Numbered from the stretch's first letter, positions 42,208 through 52,870 are shown. The stretch is 64,000 bases of DNA from Nitrospirota bacterium (GCA_963703955.1 CAVPGK010000017.1:322858-386857), one strand, 5' to 3'. The notes: generated by a model from the sequence alone, not told the origin. Translations and numbers: made by a program.

Positions 42208-43668
42208 TCAGTCTCCTTCCGTGATCAGAAAATTCTTGAACTGCCACGGGTCGGACGTGTCGAGTTGGGGCTGGTTGTAGCCGCGGAAGAAGTTGGAGTA
42301 GTGCTTCAGCGGGTTCCAGTCCGAGGCCATGGAGATGAACTTGCCCAGGTAGGGCTTGCTGACGTCCAGCACATAGTCGTGGGGCAGGTCGTCGGGCACG
42401 CACAGCCCCCGGCGCGGGTTCTCGAGCATCCACATGCAGGCAGCAACGACGGAGATGGCCACCTGCATGGTGGTGGCGTTCTGGTGCGGCACCAGGCGAC
42501 GCGACTCCTCGATGTCCAGGTCGGAGCCGCACCACCACGACTGATACGGATGCCCCATCACCAGGGCGCCCAGAATGTCGGCCCCGCTGATGATTTCGTC
42601 GGTCATGATGCGGATGCGCGGTTGCAGCCTGTAGTCGTAGCCGCGCAGCTCGTGGAGCGAGGCGATGGCGCAATCGCACGGGCAATACGCGTAGTGGACC
42701 GTGGGCCGGTAGATCGCCTTGCCGCCTTCCCAAACGGTAAGCTTCTCGGTAATGCTGAACGCCTCGCCGTGGCGGACGACCATGCCGACGATATTGTGGT
42801 CTGGCGGCACCCAACTCGCCACGAACGTGTTCATGCCCATCCGCGCCAGGCAGATCTGGCTCTTGGGGCCGTCTGGGTGCTCGAAGGCGAAGGCGGGCAG
42901 CTGTTTTTCATGGGTGCCCCAGCCCATCTCAGCCGTGGTCGTCCCCTCTTCGCGGAAGCCCTCGACGCTCCAGGTGTTGACGAACTCGTTCACCTGTTTG
43001 GGCTGATCGGTGATCTGCGTGTCGCGCTCGCTGCAATGAATGACCTTGACGCCGAGCTGGTGGGCCAGGTGGTTGAACTCCTGCGCCTTGGCGTGGTGCG
43101 CGATCTTCTCCGCCTGAGCGCCGCTGAACTTCTTGTCCGCCAGGGCCTGCCGAGCGATGTCCAAAAGAGCGTGCTTGGTGAAATGGCTGATCAGACCCGG
43201 GTTCGCCCCGTGTTCGAGCACCGCCGTCGGTCCCGGCTCGCTCCACTGGGCGATCATCCGCCGCAGGTTCATGTGCCGCCAGTAGAGTGTCCGCTCGGTC
43301 GGGTGCTTGTCGTCTGCCCCGCCGTAGGGGTCCCAGAGCTCCACCGACGTGTTGACATACAGCACGCCTCGGTCGTGGCACCACTGGACGATTTCGCAGC
43401 AATCGATGTTCCACGCCAGGTCGATGAGGAGGTCTCCGGCCGAGACGTACTGGCCCAGCAGCGTACCCAGGTTCTCCGGCGTGACGCGATCCTTGACGAA
43501 GGTCATGCCCTGCTCGATCCAGGGCTGCAGAGCCGCCTCGTTTGGCTCAAAGTCCATGATGGTAATGTGTTTGGGATCGATGCTGATGTGCTTCAGCAAA
43601 ATGGGCAGCGTGCACCGGGCGACGGCCCCAAAACCGACGAACAAGATGCGATTCGGAAATACCAGCAT
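42208..43668 (-). CDS. hss: Homospermidine synthase
   Basis: GFGAV, GANPGLISHF, IHCSERDTQ, NTWSVEGF.EE, WGTHE, YRPTVHYAY.P, QNATTMQV. Confidence 0.93.
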   Translation of the reverse strand: MLVFPNRILFVGFGAVARCTLPILLKHISIDPKHITIMDFEPNEAALQPWIEQGMTFVKDRVTPENLGTLLGQYVSAGDLLIDLAWNIDCCEIVQWCHDRGVLYVNTSVELWDPYGGADDKHPTERTLYWRHMNLRRMIAQWSEPGPTAVLEHGANPGLISHFTKHALLDIARQALADKKFSGAQAEKIAHHAKAQEFNHLAHQLGVKVIHCSERDTQITDQPKQVNEFVNTWSVEGFREEGTTTAEMGWGTHEKQLPAFAFEHPDGPKSQICLARMGMNTFVASWVPPDHNIVGMVVRHGEAFSITEKLTVWEGGKAIYRPTVHYAYCPCDCAIASLHELRGYDYRLQPRIRIMTDEIISGADILGALVMGHPYQSWWCGSDLDIEESRRLVPHQNATTMQVAISVVAACMWMLENPRRGLCVPDDLPHDYVLDVSKPYLGKFISMASDWNPLKHYSNFFRGYNQPQLDTSDPWQFKNFLITEGD

Positions 43669-43751
43669 CTGTTAGCTCTCCCAGTCGTGATGACCAGACG
43701 AGGCGTTGATACTGTCACCTTGTGTTTGACGCTTACGGCCAGGGGAGTCTA

Positions 43752-44216
43752 CTAGATTCGATTACCACCATCAACGACAACCCTCGTGTCGGTCGCCAGT
43801 ATCTCCCGAATGTCTCCGATGAGGCCGATAAATATTCCTAGTGTCTCGCTGAGTTGACTCTCAACGCACTCCAGCCGGTCTTCCAGCACGCGGGCCACCG
43901 AGCCAAGGTCTTCAGGATTCACCGGCTCATGCTGACCTTTCGTGGCTGAGAGAGTAGCAAGCACGCCGCACAGCCCCTTCAGTCTGGCAATCTCCGCCTG
44001 ACTACTAGCGACGCTGTCGCGCCAGGCCTCCAAGGTATCCAGATGGAGCAATCTCTCAAGCCAGACAGACTTAGCTGTCTGCTTCTGACGGGCTTCGGGG
44101 ACTGAGACAGTAGGATGAATCGGGCGCACATCATTGAGCACGGTAGCCTCCTCAATTGATAGGTGATGACATCCGCGCAGTGTCTCATAACCTTGCCCTC
44201 GATTTACACCTGTCAA
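43752..44216 (-). CDS. Hypothetical helical protein
   Basis: ORF with amphipathic helical pattern upstream of hss; start uncertain. Confidence 0.35.
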   Translation of the reverse strand: MTGVNRGQGYETLRGCHHLSIEEATVLNDVRPIHPTVSVPEARQKQTAKSVWLERLLHLDTLEAWRDSVASSQAEIARLKGLCGVLATLSATKGQHEPVNPEDLGSVARVLEDRLECVESQLSETLGIFIGLIGDIREILATDTRVVVDGGNRI

Positions 44217-45127
44217 AAAAGGAGGCCTTCCTTTTCCAGCATCGGAGTTGTTTGAGTTGGACGAACTGAAACGTCAGCCACCTCCGCGGCCTTCTGCTCA
44301 AGGCGTCTCGCAGGCCTGCCCCTGGAATTCCGACTCGTCAATCAATTGGAGTTTGGTCACGATAAATTCAAATCCCGATAGTCACTCCTCCTTGCCTGGA
44401 CTGAAAATCCCGGGACGTCACGTGGAACGCTCGGTTAAAGACAAGGAGGCGGTTATCCTCCGCCGTGCAAGGTCAGGTCCTCCTCCCGGTCTGGGACACG
44501 ATTTTGGCCGGGTGCTGAAATTTTCGACTGTATTCCTCGTAGCTTTTCACCGGCTGACCGAACGCGCAATCGGTATGCAGGCACCACGCGGCCTTTCTCA
44601 CCTCGCTAAACTCCAGACTATTCCTGTTACATTCTGCACAAGTCGCCATGGTCTATTCCTCCTCTCTGGCTAGGGAAGATGGAAATCGCGCTCGTTGTGA
44701 TGGCAGATAGCCACTGAAGGTACGTTCATATGCTCTCGCTCTGCACCCGCGAACATCTCTCTAGAGCTATTTTGGGAATCTCATTAAGGAATTGGTCAGC
44801 CAGGGCAGGGCTCAATGCAGACAGCTTTCTTCGTTCAATGGCCCGCACTGGCTGACCTTTCGGTTCCTGAGTGTCGTAAGTCCGCTCAAACTGACTCTAC
44901 GCAACCCTATCGAGGATGTCGGGCACCTGGGGCGCGGTCCGGCGCGACTGTCTCGATTACTTTGCGCCGGATCGTTAAGCCGCAGTATTCTTCCTGTCAT
45001 GACAAATCAGCACTCCGCTCACAACGCCGCTCCACACTCACCACAATCAGTCGTAGCAGGCAAAGCAAATGTCATGGTGCGGGAGGAGTTTTGATTGGGT
45101 GGAGGAAGCTCTTAGTCAAGTCGTCAT

Positions 45128-46120
45128 TCAACACTCGGTCCGTTGTTTGATCTTTCCTAGCTCCACCTGCACCAGTGCTCCATCCAGCGGAAAATACCCA
45201 TGCTCGAGCACCTCGCCTTGGCCATCGCGACTGTATACGTACGTGAGGAATTCTTGGATCAAAGGAGTGAGCGGTTTGCCCGGCACTTGGTTGACGTAAA
45301 TGTAGAGGTGGCGCGTGAGTGGATAGGTGCCCTTTTTCGCCCTTTCCAGAGTCGGTTCCACGAAGGGCCCCTTCGTGGTTTCGGCAAGGGCCAGCACGCG
45401 GACCCCCGATGTGGAATAAGCGATTCCACTGTAGCCTAGGCCGTATCGATCTTCGGTAATGCCTTGCACCACCGAAGCTGAGCCCGGCTGCTCCTTGACT
45501 TCATCCTTGAAGTCGCCGTTCTTGAGCGCGCGTTCTTTGAAGAAGCTATAAGTACCCGAGGCAGAGTTCCTGCCGTAGAGGCTGATCGGCGACGAACCCC
45601 ACGCTGCGCCTAGGCCGAGTTGGCTCCACTTCGTCATCGCTTCTTTCGCGCCGAGCCGCCGGCTCTTTGAAAAGATGGCATCGACCTGCTCCATGGTGAG
45701 CCGCTTGAGCGGATTGTCTTTGTTGACGTAGAGAGCAACCGCGTCGATCGCAACCAGGAGGCAGACCGGTTGGTATCCGAATTTGGCTTCAAATTTGTTG
45801 ATCTCGCTTTCCTTCATCCTGCGCGACATCGGACCAAGCTGGGCGGTCCCTTCGATCAAGGCCGGAGGGGCGGTGCTCGAACCTTTGCCCTCCACTTGAA
45901 TCTTCACGTTCGGATACTGCCGGCGGAATCCTTCCGCCCAAAGGGTCATGAGATTATTCAGCGTGTCGGAGCCAATGCTGTTCAGGGTGCCGGACACGCC
46001 GCTCACTTTCTTGTACGGTTTCAGAGTCGGATCGAGCCCCGAGCGCTCCTCGGGCGAGCCGGGGACCGGCATGACCAATCCGAACCACAGAATCAACAAG
46101 CCAATAACCCGATAAGGCAT
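45128..46120 (-). CDS. pstS: Phosphate ABC transporter substrate-binding protein (copy 1, orphan)
   Basis: GSDT, GKGSSTAPPAL, MSR, GRNSASGTY, YSGI.Y, YPL.R.LYIY. Confidence 0.95.
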   Translation of the reverse strand: MPYRVIGLLILWFGLVMPVPGSPEERSGLDPTLKPYKKVSGVSGTLNSIGSDTLNNLMTLWAEGFRRQYPNVKIQVEGKGSSTAPPALIEGTAQLGPMSRRMKESEINKFEAKFGYQPVCLLVAIDAVALYVNKDNPLKRLTMEQVDAIFSKSRRLGAKEAMTKWSQLGLGAAWGSSPISLYGRNSASGTYSFFKERALKNGDFKDEVKEQPGSASVVQGITEDRYGLGYSGIAYSTSGVRVLALAETTKGPFVEPTLERAKKGTYPLTRHLYIYVNQVPGKPLTPLIQEFLTYVYSRDGQGEVLEHGYFPLDGALVQVELGKIKQRTEC

Positions 46121-46589
46121 GATATTGCCAATGGGTTGTGGATCAGCCAGCGAGGCAGTCTAAGAGAACCTGATTGCCGAGGGATTCACAGAATGTTAAG
46201 AAACCGTTAATCATGATTAAGCGGGTGGGTTCCTTGTAAGCGCATGAAATTCCGGCTCGGACTTACACGGTAAAGAGGTACCCATATTCCATCGCTGACA
46301 CCGAGTCGTGCCAAGTGATAACAGGAGTGAACCGATTTCCCGCTGGAAGTTTAAGGCGGGGTTCAGCAAGGTCAAAGGAACAGAGACGGATACGGGCGGT
46401 ATCTCGATGAATCGAACTCATTGGTGATTGACCTGCCGCGATTGGACGAAGCGTCTAAGACCATATCTTCACGACGGAGCATCGTTGAGCCTCATCGGAT
46501 TGCACTCCTGACCTGCCACCAATGCCGCCAGTCCGGCAACTCTCAGCAGTGATCATAGCCGCTTCGACCATCATCCTCCTCAAAAGGCC

Positions 46590-46712
46590 TTAAAAGGCCT
46601 TGGCGAACCAGAAGTAGAGGGGAATGCCGAGCGTGATGTTGAAAGGGAACGTAATCCCTAACGACGCGGTGAGGTAGAGCGACGGGTTGGCTTCAGGCAA
46701 GGAGATGCGCAT
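46590..46712 (-). pseudogene. sbtA: C-terminal fragment of sodium-dependent bicarbonate transporter SbtA
   Basis: MRISLPEANPSLYLTASLGITFPFNITLGIPLY matches the SbtA C-terminal signature; rest absent. Confidence 0.75.
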
Positions 46713-46732
46713 CGAGCTCGTGGAGGCTGATC

Positions 46733-46748
46733 TGGCATTCCTGTTGCA
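46733..46748 (+). promoter_or_regulatory. Sigma54-type -24/-12 promoter (apparently orphaned)
   Basis: TGGCAT-TCCTG-TTGCA; only a 28-codon ORF follows at 46810. Confidence 0.4.
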
Positions 46749-47400
46749 TAGCCAACTGAGCAGAAGAGAGTCGTAAGCTCATTTGGGTTATGAAAGCGGG
46801 TGAGAGGACCATGAAGTTCGTACCGTTCATATGGACATGGTTGCTTGTACTGCCATTGCGGCATGAATTGGCACAACGGCTATATGCCCTACTGTGAAAG
46901 TGCGATGGCCACCCAGGTAGCCTCATAAGCATGCGATCCTACTCCCCGCATGTTGTCCAAGGCGTCAACCCATTACGTTCCCACGCTTCCTTGTGGATGA
47001 AGCCGTGGCGGTGTACCTCGCTGAGCGCTGACGCGGTGGTGCTGATTGGCATCGCGAGGTTTTTGTACCAAGCCGGTTTAGCTCCTCTCGATGTCACGTT
47101 TAGTGTGAGGCTCAGTCGCATGCGCCCGACCCAACGCGCCGATCCCTCGGCACCGCGCCGTTCCTTCGGCGCGGACACTTGGTCACACCCTGACACTATC
47201 GCAAGCAGAACCTGCATTCGATTCGTCATAACCCCTCTTCTGTTCGTCACTTGTCAGGTCCGTGGTGGATCGGCCCATTGCTGGAACGGTCTATGCCTTA
47301 CCTTAGCGTCAAGAGCCAGTCATCGACAGATGACTGTTGAGTAGACGCGGGGAATGGCGACGAGAGGCGCGATGAACAACTCATAGAGGAGGACATTGCC

Positions 47401-47850
47401 ATGGCGATCAAACCCGTTCCCGATGGTTATCACACCGTGACGCCGGTCCTCACTGTGCAGGGCGCGGCAAAATTGATTGGGTTCCTCAAACAGGCCTTCG
47501 ATGCGAAGGAGACGTACCGCCTGGATGGACCCAGCGGTAGCATACTGCACGCTGAAATCAGAATCGGTGACTCTATGGTCATGTTGGGAGAAGCGAGCGA
47601 GCAATGCAAGTCGATGCCGGCGACGATGGCTCTCTATGTCGAAAATACGGATGCCTGGTACGAACGCGCCTTGAAGGCCGGCGCCACTTCTGTCAGAGAA
47701 CCTTCCGATCAGTTCTACGGCGACCGCAGCGCAGGCGTCAAAGATTTCGCGGGCAATCAATGGTGGATCCATACGCACATTGAGGATGTCCCGCACGAGG
47801 AGATTAAGAAACGTGCCGAGGTCTGGATGAAGGAACAGAGGTGCGGCTAA
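47401..47850 (+). CDS. VOC/glyoxalase family protein (PhnB-like)
   Basis: PDGYHTVTP.L, HAEIRIGDS, DQFYGDR...VKD..GN.W. Confidence 0.9.
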   Translation: MAIKPVPDGYHTVTPVLTVQGAAKLIGFLKQAFDAKETYRLDGPSGSILHAEIRIGDSMVMLGEASEQCKSMPATMALYVENTDAWYERALKAGATSVREPSDQFYGDRSAGVKDFAGNQWWIHTHIEDVPHEEIKKRAEVWMKEQRCG

Positions 47851-47920
47851 CCCACTTTGGTCCGAGGTCATGGAGCTGTGCGGGCTATTCGGAACGCAAT
47901 CAACCCTCAAGGAGGCAACC

Positions 47921-48520
47921 ATGCGTCTCACACTCATTACGCTTACCAGTCTCTGTCTTGTCGTGTCCGCGTCGCTCGCGGTGGCAAAAGAAAAGAAACA
48001 ACAGGAGCAGACGGACCCGCAGGTGATGATGGAAGAGTACAAAAAGCTCTCGACGCCCGGAGAGCCGCATAAACTCTATGCGAGTCTCGCCGGGAACTGG
48101 ACCACAACAACCAAAGAGTGGATGGATCCCAACAAGTCTCCCACGGAATCAACCGGCTCCGTGGAAATGAAGATGCTGCTGAATGGACGCTTTCTCCAGG
48201 AGGAGTTCACCGGCAATATGATGGGACAACCCTACTCCGCGGTTGGGGTCCACGGATACGACAACCTCCGCAAGAAATATGTCACGACATGGATCGATAG
48301 CATGGGTACGGGCATCTTTACGATGGAAGGCACGGCAAGCGCGGATGGCAAGACCATCACGCTCAAGGGACGGCATGATGAACTGGGCGGAGGCTACATG
48401 ACGCATCGCGGAGTCTGGAAGATTCCCGACAACAACACTCAGACGTTTGAGATGTATGGGGCTCACAACGGCGGCAAAGAAACGAAGATGATGGAGATCA
48501 CCTACACCCGCAAACAGTGA
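47921..48520 (+). CDS. DUF1579 family secreted protein
   Basis: Signal peptide; PGEPH..L..L.G.W, GYDN..KKYV.TWIDSMGT, MEITYTRK. Confidence 0.85.
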   Translation: MRLTLITLTSLCLVVSASLAVAKEKKQQEQTDPQVMMEEYKKLSTPGEPHKLYASLAGNWTTTTKEWMDPNKSPTESTGSVEMKMLLNGRFLQEEFTGNMMGQPYSAVGVHGYDNLRKKYVTTWIDSMGTGIFTMEGTASADGKTITLKGRHDELGGGYMTHRGVWKIPDNNTQTFEMYGAHNGGKETKMMEITYTRKQ

Positions 48521-48622
48521 TAAAGGGATGCCGGCCATCACCGCAGCGATGACAAAGAGGGTTCACTTACCCCTCGGAATACTGGCAACGCTGACAATCG
48601 TGACGTTGTGTCGACCGCGGGT

Positions 48623-48679
48623 ATCTAACCCGTCGTGCAGCGGACCGGCTTGCAGCCGCTGAACACTATACCGTTGGGC
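48623..48679 (+). other. attC-like integron recombination site
   Basis: ATCTAAC (RYYYAAC) ... GCAGCGG/CCGCTG inner arms ... GTTGGGC (GTTRRRY), 57 bp. Confidence 0.6.
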
Positions 48680-48716
48680 GAAGCAGCATCGCGCTGCCAA
48701 GCGTTAATGGAGGAGA

Positions 48717-48860
48717 GTGATGGCAGTCACCATCGTTTGGGATACGTGGTTGAAGCCTGGCACCGAAACGGAAGGGCTCCGGCTTACGCGGCAGGTCTGG
48801 TCGGACATGCGGAGCTTTGAAGGCTACCTGTCGCATCGGATTCTCATCGATCAGGATACC
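48717..48860 (+). pseudogene. Antibiotic-biosynthesis-monooxygenase-like N-terminal fragment
   Basis: GGAGGAG RBS; LKPG.E......MRSFEGYLS.RIL pattern, running in frame into the next gene. Confidence 0.5.
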
Positions 48861-48878
48861 CAAGTGCGAGGAGACACG

Positions 48879-49205
48879 ATGTCCATGCATCTCCCAAAAG
48901 CAATTGCTCTCTATTTTACAGCAGAAAACTCCGATAACCCCGGCGACCTGGCTGCGTGCTTTGCAGCCGACGCGACTGTTCTGGATGAAGGCCGCAGCTT
49001 CGAAGGTCTGGCTGCCATCAAGGAATGGAAAGCCGAGACCAAGAAGAGATACAACCACAGGGTCGAAGCGCTCGAGGCCGAAGAGCGTGATGGCAAGACC
49101 GTCGTCACGAGCAAAGTCTCCGGCAACTTCCCCGGCAGCCCCGTTATTCTCGAGTTCAGCTTCGAGCTCGAAGGCGAGAAGATCGCATCCTTGGAGATCC
49201 ACTGA
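48879..49205 (+). CDS. SnoaL-like / NTF2 family protein
   Basis: Own GAGGAG RBS; CFAADATVLDEG, VSGNFPGSP, KIASLEI. Confidence 0.85.
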   Translation: MSMHLPKAIALYFTAENSDNPGDLAACFAADATVLDEGRSFEGLAAIKEWKAETKKRYNHRVEALEAEERDGKTVVTSKVSGNFPGSPVILEFSFELEGEKIASLEIH

Positions 49206-49365
49206 TGAGCGACAACCTGGAACTGAATGGTCCCGAGCGCTCGTCACGAGCGGCACCAAAGGGATCGGTGAAGCGGTCGCAGCGCGGCTGCCGACGATGC
49301 TCGGCTCCGGCGTGATCATCCATATCAGCTCGATTACAGCCGCCTATTCTCACAACCTGTCGTGA
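49205..49365 (+). pseudogene. Short-chain dehydrogenase remnant
   Basis: RALVTSGTKGIGEAV joined directly to GVIIHISS; most of the gene deleted. Confidence 0.7.
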
Positions 49366-49499
49366 CCTAAACGTCCTCTCAAAGTTGACGATACCTTTTG
49401 AACACGGTGTTGGGTATCGGATACTGTCGAACTCTCGCCCAGGCTCCTGACACCCTCGAAGCTTGTCAAAACCCCTCTTCTATTCATCCTGAGAAACAC

Positions 49500-49553
49500 T
49501 TAAACAACTTTTAATTCACACTTAACCGCCGCGTAACAAGCTCCCTATATGGT
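49500..49553 (+). promoter_or_regulatory. Pho-box-like array plus -10 (NarL-type regulator)
   Basis: TTAAAC 49500, TTAATT 49511, TTAACC 49522, GTAACA 49533, TATGGT 49548. Confidence 0.65.
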
Positions 49554-49628
49554 AGCACAGTGACGCCGACCAAGAAGGCATTTCTGTGTTCTATCTGTCT
49601 CCAATTGGTGTGATCCAAGGTGAGGACT

Positions 49629-50339
49629 ATGGAGAAAGTAACCGATCAGCCCGGCAAGGTCTTAATCGTGAGCGGCAACCAGATGATCGGTGCGGGGATC
49701 CGGATGATCCTCGAGACTCAGCCCAACATGCTCGTCATTGGCGAGGTGGCCACGGCCCACAGAGCCGTCGAAGTCGCAGGCCATGAGCAGCCGCGGGTCG
49801 TTCTGATTGACCTCGATCGTTCCGCAATTGATGTTGTGCGTCTCATTCGAGACTTACAAAAGGCTGCTGAACAATCACTGGCGCTGATCTTAAGTAGCTT
49901 AGGGGACGGCGACTTGACTCGTATGGCGTTATGCTCGGGGGCGGTAGGAGTTGTGTTGAAAGTCCAGCCTCCGGCCGTCCTGATCGCAGCCGTTGCCGGT
50001 CTTTGCGATGGCGACCTTCAGATTGAGCGCCAACGCATGCCCCCTGCCCCATACGTGCTCAATGACCAACGCCCGGTAAAACAAGCGGACCACGAGAGAG
50101 CACGAATAGATGACCTGACGACCCGCGAGCGAGAAGTAATAGGCCTCATCGGTGAAGGCTTAAAGAACAAAGATATCGCCGATCGACTGTGCATCAGTGA
50201 GATCACGGTGCGACACCATCTCACGAACATCTATGGCAAGCTGGATGTCTCTAACCGACTGAAGTTGCTCATTCTCGCTCACCAGCATGGACTCGTCGAG
50301 CCGGTCAGTTCTCGCGCCACATGGCCGACAAGCGCCTGA
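49629..50339 (+). CDS. NarL/LuxR-family response regulator
   Basis: Receiver-like domain plus LTTREREV...G.KNKDIADRL.ISE.TVRHHLTNIYGKL HTH. Confidence 0.92.
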   Translation: MEKVTDQPGKVLIVSGNQMIGAGIRMILETQPNMLVIGEVATAHRAVEVAGHEQPRVVLIDLDRSAIDVVRLIRDLQKAAEQSLALILSSLGDGDLTRMALCSGAVGVVLKVQPPAVLIAAVAGLCDGDLQIERQRMPPAPYVLNDQRPVKQADHERARIDDLTTREREVIGLIGEGLKNKDIADRLCISEITVRHHLTNIYGKLDVSNRLKLLILAHQHGLVEPVSSRATWPTSA

Positions 50340-50800
50340 TTACGATCTGTTCGTTGCGAACCAGACATTGCAGAGGAAGTCAAACTGCCGGCATACATTA
50401 TTCTCTAATGGGTAACCTGGGCTTCTCTCGCTAACACCTATATGACACTAACCATCGGCACCCTTTCTTTCACTAGCGAGGTGTTGGGCAGGCACAGGTA
50501 GGGTATAGAGGCGTACAGTGTCACGCTAAAAGTCATGGGGGGTTCGATAACAAAAATTTTTTCGAAATTGCAAGAAGGCGAATCAGGGACAGAGGGCTTT
50601 TCACGTCGGAGCGAGGTGGAGGATGAAGCCGATCGAGTGACCAAAGCGCGCAAGATTGGAACGACACTCCGAGAGAAACAGGCCCCAAAGCTACCTGCTC
50701 ATATCGCAGTGGTCTTCCTTATCCTTTGGCAACCAGAGCGTATCATTCAGGAATAGGTTGCACCCTCTCTTGTTCAGCAATTCTAAGTCGACCCCGTTTT

Positions 50801-50856
50801 GTAACACTGCCGATACACTCTCTTAACAAACAGGCAACCAACCTCCGATATACAGT
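50801..50856 (+). promoter_or_regulatory. Pho-box-like array plus -10 (pit remnant)
   Basis: GTAACA 50801, GATACA 50812, TTAACA 50823, GCAACC 50834, TATACA 50849. Confidence 0.6.
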
Positions 50857-50890
50857 CTCATCCGGTCACTGCGCTGATCTGGAGGGACCG

Positions 50891-51450
50891 ATGCCTGCTG
50901 TAAACCCCATCTCACCTACTGCGGCGTACTCAACGAGTCGCCCGACTCTACTGTTCATCGCGGCCGTCCTGGGCGCTGGTCTTGCGTATGCCGCCCATGA
51001 ATTATGTTTTGATCTATCCTCCATCCGTCTGCGCACTGAACGGCCCCATGTCCTCTTGGGAATCGCCCTGCTCATCGCCCTGGGATTTCAATTTATCAAC
51101 GGGTTTCATGATACGGCGAATGCCGTAGCCACGGTCATTTACACCTATTCGCTACCGCCGCACACCGCCGTTGTGTGGTGCGGTGCCTGGAATTTCCTTG
51201 GGGTCCTGGCTTCAAGTGGTGGGGCGGCCTTCGCTCCCTTCCAGTGGAGTTGATTCTCTAGGTAGGAAGCGATGCTGGTATCGCCATGGTGTTCGCGCTC
51301 TTGGTCGCGGCAATTTTCTGGGATCTGGGAACATGGTATCTAGGGTTACCAGCCTCCAGCCCCCATACCTAGATCGGGTCCATCATTGGTATCGGCTTGG
51401 CCAATCAACTCATGCAGCAGGCCGTGCAACTAACGGTGTGGAATGGAGTC
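50891..51450 (+). pseudogene. Truncated PiT phosphate transporter paralog
   Basis: NGFHDTANAVATVIYT, then stop/frameshifts; homology ends at NGVEWSQ. Confidence 0.85.
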
Positions 51451-51520
51451 AGGAAAGGAGAATGCAACTATGGCTGTTCCTCTTCGCGTCTTGAGGTCTA
51501 GGAGAACTCTATTGGGAAAA

Positions 51521-52075
51521 GTGAAGTGGCCCGTTAGGCTTACTTGCAGTTCCTACACTGCCTTCCTAATTCTGTCGATCGCGGCATGTGCCAACCCGAG
51601 CCCGATGTTCCCCCCTGCCGCAGTAAAGGATCTGGATCCCGATAAGCAAATGGGAATCTTTGCTCCAGAAGCCGACGCCTACTTCAAAGGCCATTTGGCT
51701 CAGGTAGGCGGACGGATCGTTGCTGTTGAACAGGCGCAAGATGGAGTGTTAGTGAAAGCTGCCGAGTTGCCGCTCAACGAGGAACGGACGGGCGTTATCG
51801 AGGCCGGCAAATCAGGGGGCTGGTTTCTCTTTTCGTATCATGGTCAAATAGAGCCTGCGGAGCTCCAGAAAGGAAACAAGTTTATTCTGCTGGGACTTAT
51901 GGAAGGAAGACAAAGAACTATCTTCCAGGAGGTTGAACGGGATGCTCCCTATTTAGTTGCCCGCTGCCTGCACATCTGGGAAACCGGCCGCTATCGTATC
52001 GAGGAATTCCCCAATTTGCCTGACGGATATCATCCATTGAAACAGCAAACTTACTGTCTGCCATCGTTCAGATAA
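51521..52075 (+). CDS. Slp-family lipoprotein (copy 4, near-duplicate of 22545..23111)
   Basis: IAAC lipobox; long DNA stretches identical to copy 1. Confidence 0.8.
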   Translation: MKWPVRLTCSSYTAFLILSIAACANPSPMFPPAAVKDLDPDKQMGIFAPEADAYFKGHLAQVGGRIVAVEQAQDGVLVKAAELPLNEERTGVIEAGKSGGWFLFSYHGQIEPAELQKGNKFILLGLMEGRQRTIFQEVERDAPYLVARCLHIWETGRYRIEEFPNLPDGYHPLKQQTYCLPSFR

Positions 52076-52149
52076 CGCAACGAGAGCCAAATGTATAACC
52101 TGGTAAGAGCACGTGCCCCCCTCTTTTTGGTTCTGCGATGGCGCGTCTA

Positions 52150-52870
52150 CTACTCGAGGACTTTAGCCACGGCGGCTCGCGAGGTCAGCGGATTTGGGGT
52201 TCTCGACGCTGTGCTCGACCAGGATATCCGTAGGCCGCACGTCCTTCCCGTAGTAGGCCGCATTGGAACCATCCGACACGGCGACCAACGCCCCATCCAG
52301 CTGCATACCCACATAGATCCCCTTGCTCTTGGCATACGAGAGAAGGTCGGCCGTCACCCCGGTGATCGCTCCGCCCCCGCCGATAGGGCCCGCCGAGACG
52401 CCCGCGTCGAGGCCCAGTTTGAAGTCGTGCCGATAAAACTGTTCGAGACCTCGTGTTGTCCTGATCAGGAACACCAGTTGCGACGCATCCCCCCCGGCTT
52501 GCAAGCCGAAACTCACCGAGCCCATCGTGTAAAAGGCCGGCTGCGACCAGGCTCCCGTCTTCTCATTGCGGACGAGAAGGACGCCGCTTCCGCCCCTGCC
52601 ACCGAAGATAAATGCGCCCCTCAGCAACTGCGGGACGATAAAGATACCTTTGGGATCTGGGACGTCCCTCGGGAGCGCCGTTTTCAGGTTCGGATCGGCG
52701 CCAAAGGCTTCCATGGTCAGCTTCGCCTTATCGATGAGCTGTTGCTGTTCGGAAAAGTCTGCCGTGATTGCCGGTGTTGCCGGAAGGGCAACCAGCGCAG
52801 AAACCCATACGGTGGTGAGAATCAAGAATGCGAGTATCGAACGTATTTTCCGCCTTGTTCTACCATTCAT
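52150..52870 (-). CDS. Lipid-binding SYLF (Ysc84-like) domain secreted protein
   Basis: GG.GGSGVL, WSQPAF, S.GLQAG, AGP.G, SYAKSKG.YVG, N.AYYG; probable indel near the 3' end. Confidence 0.88.

Noticed and set aside
42163..43755. 530-aa plus-strand ORF
   Set aside because: Antisense shadow of the GC-rich hss gene.
44248..45120. Several short ORFs between the hss region and pstS
   Set aside because: No motifs or consistent strand; probably degenerate non-coding DNA.
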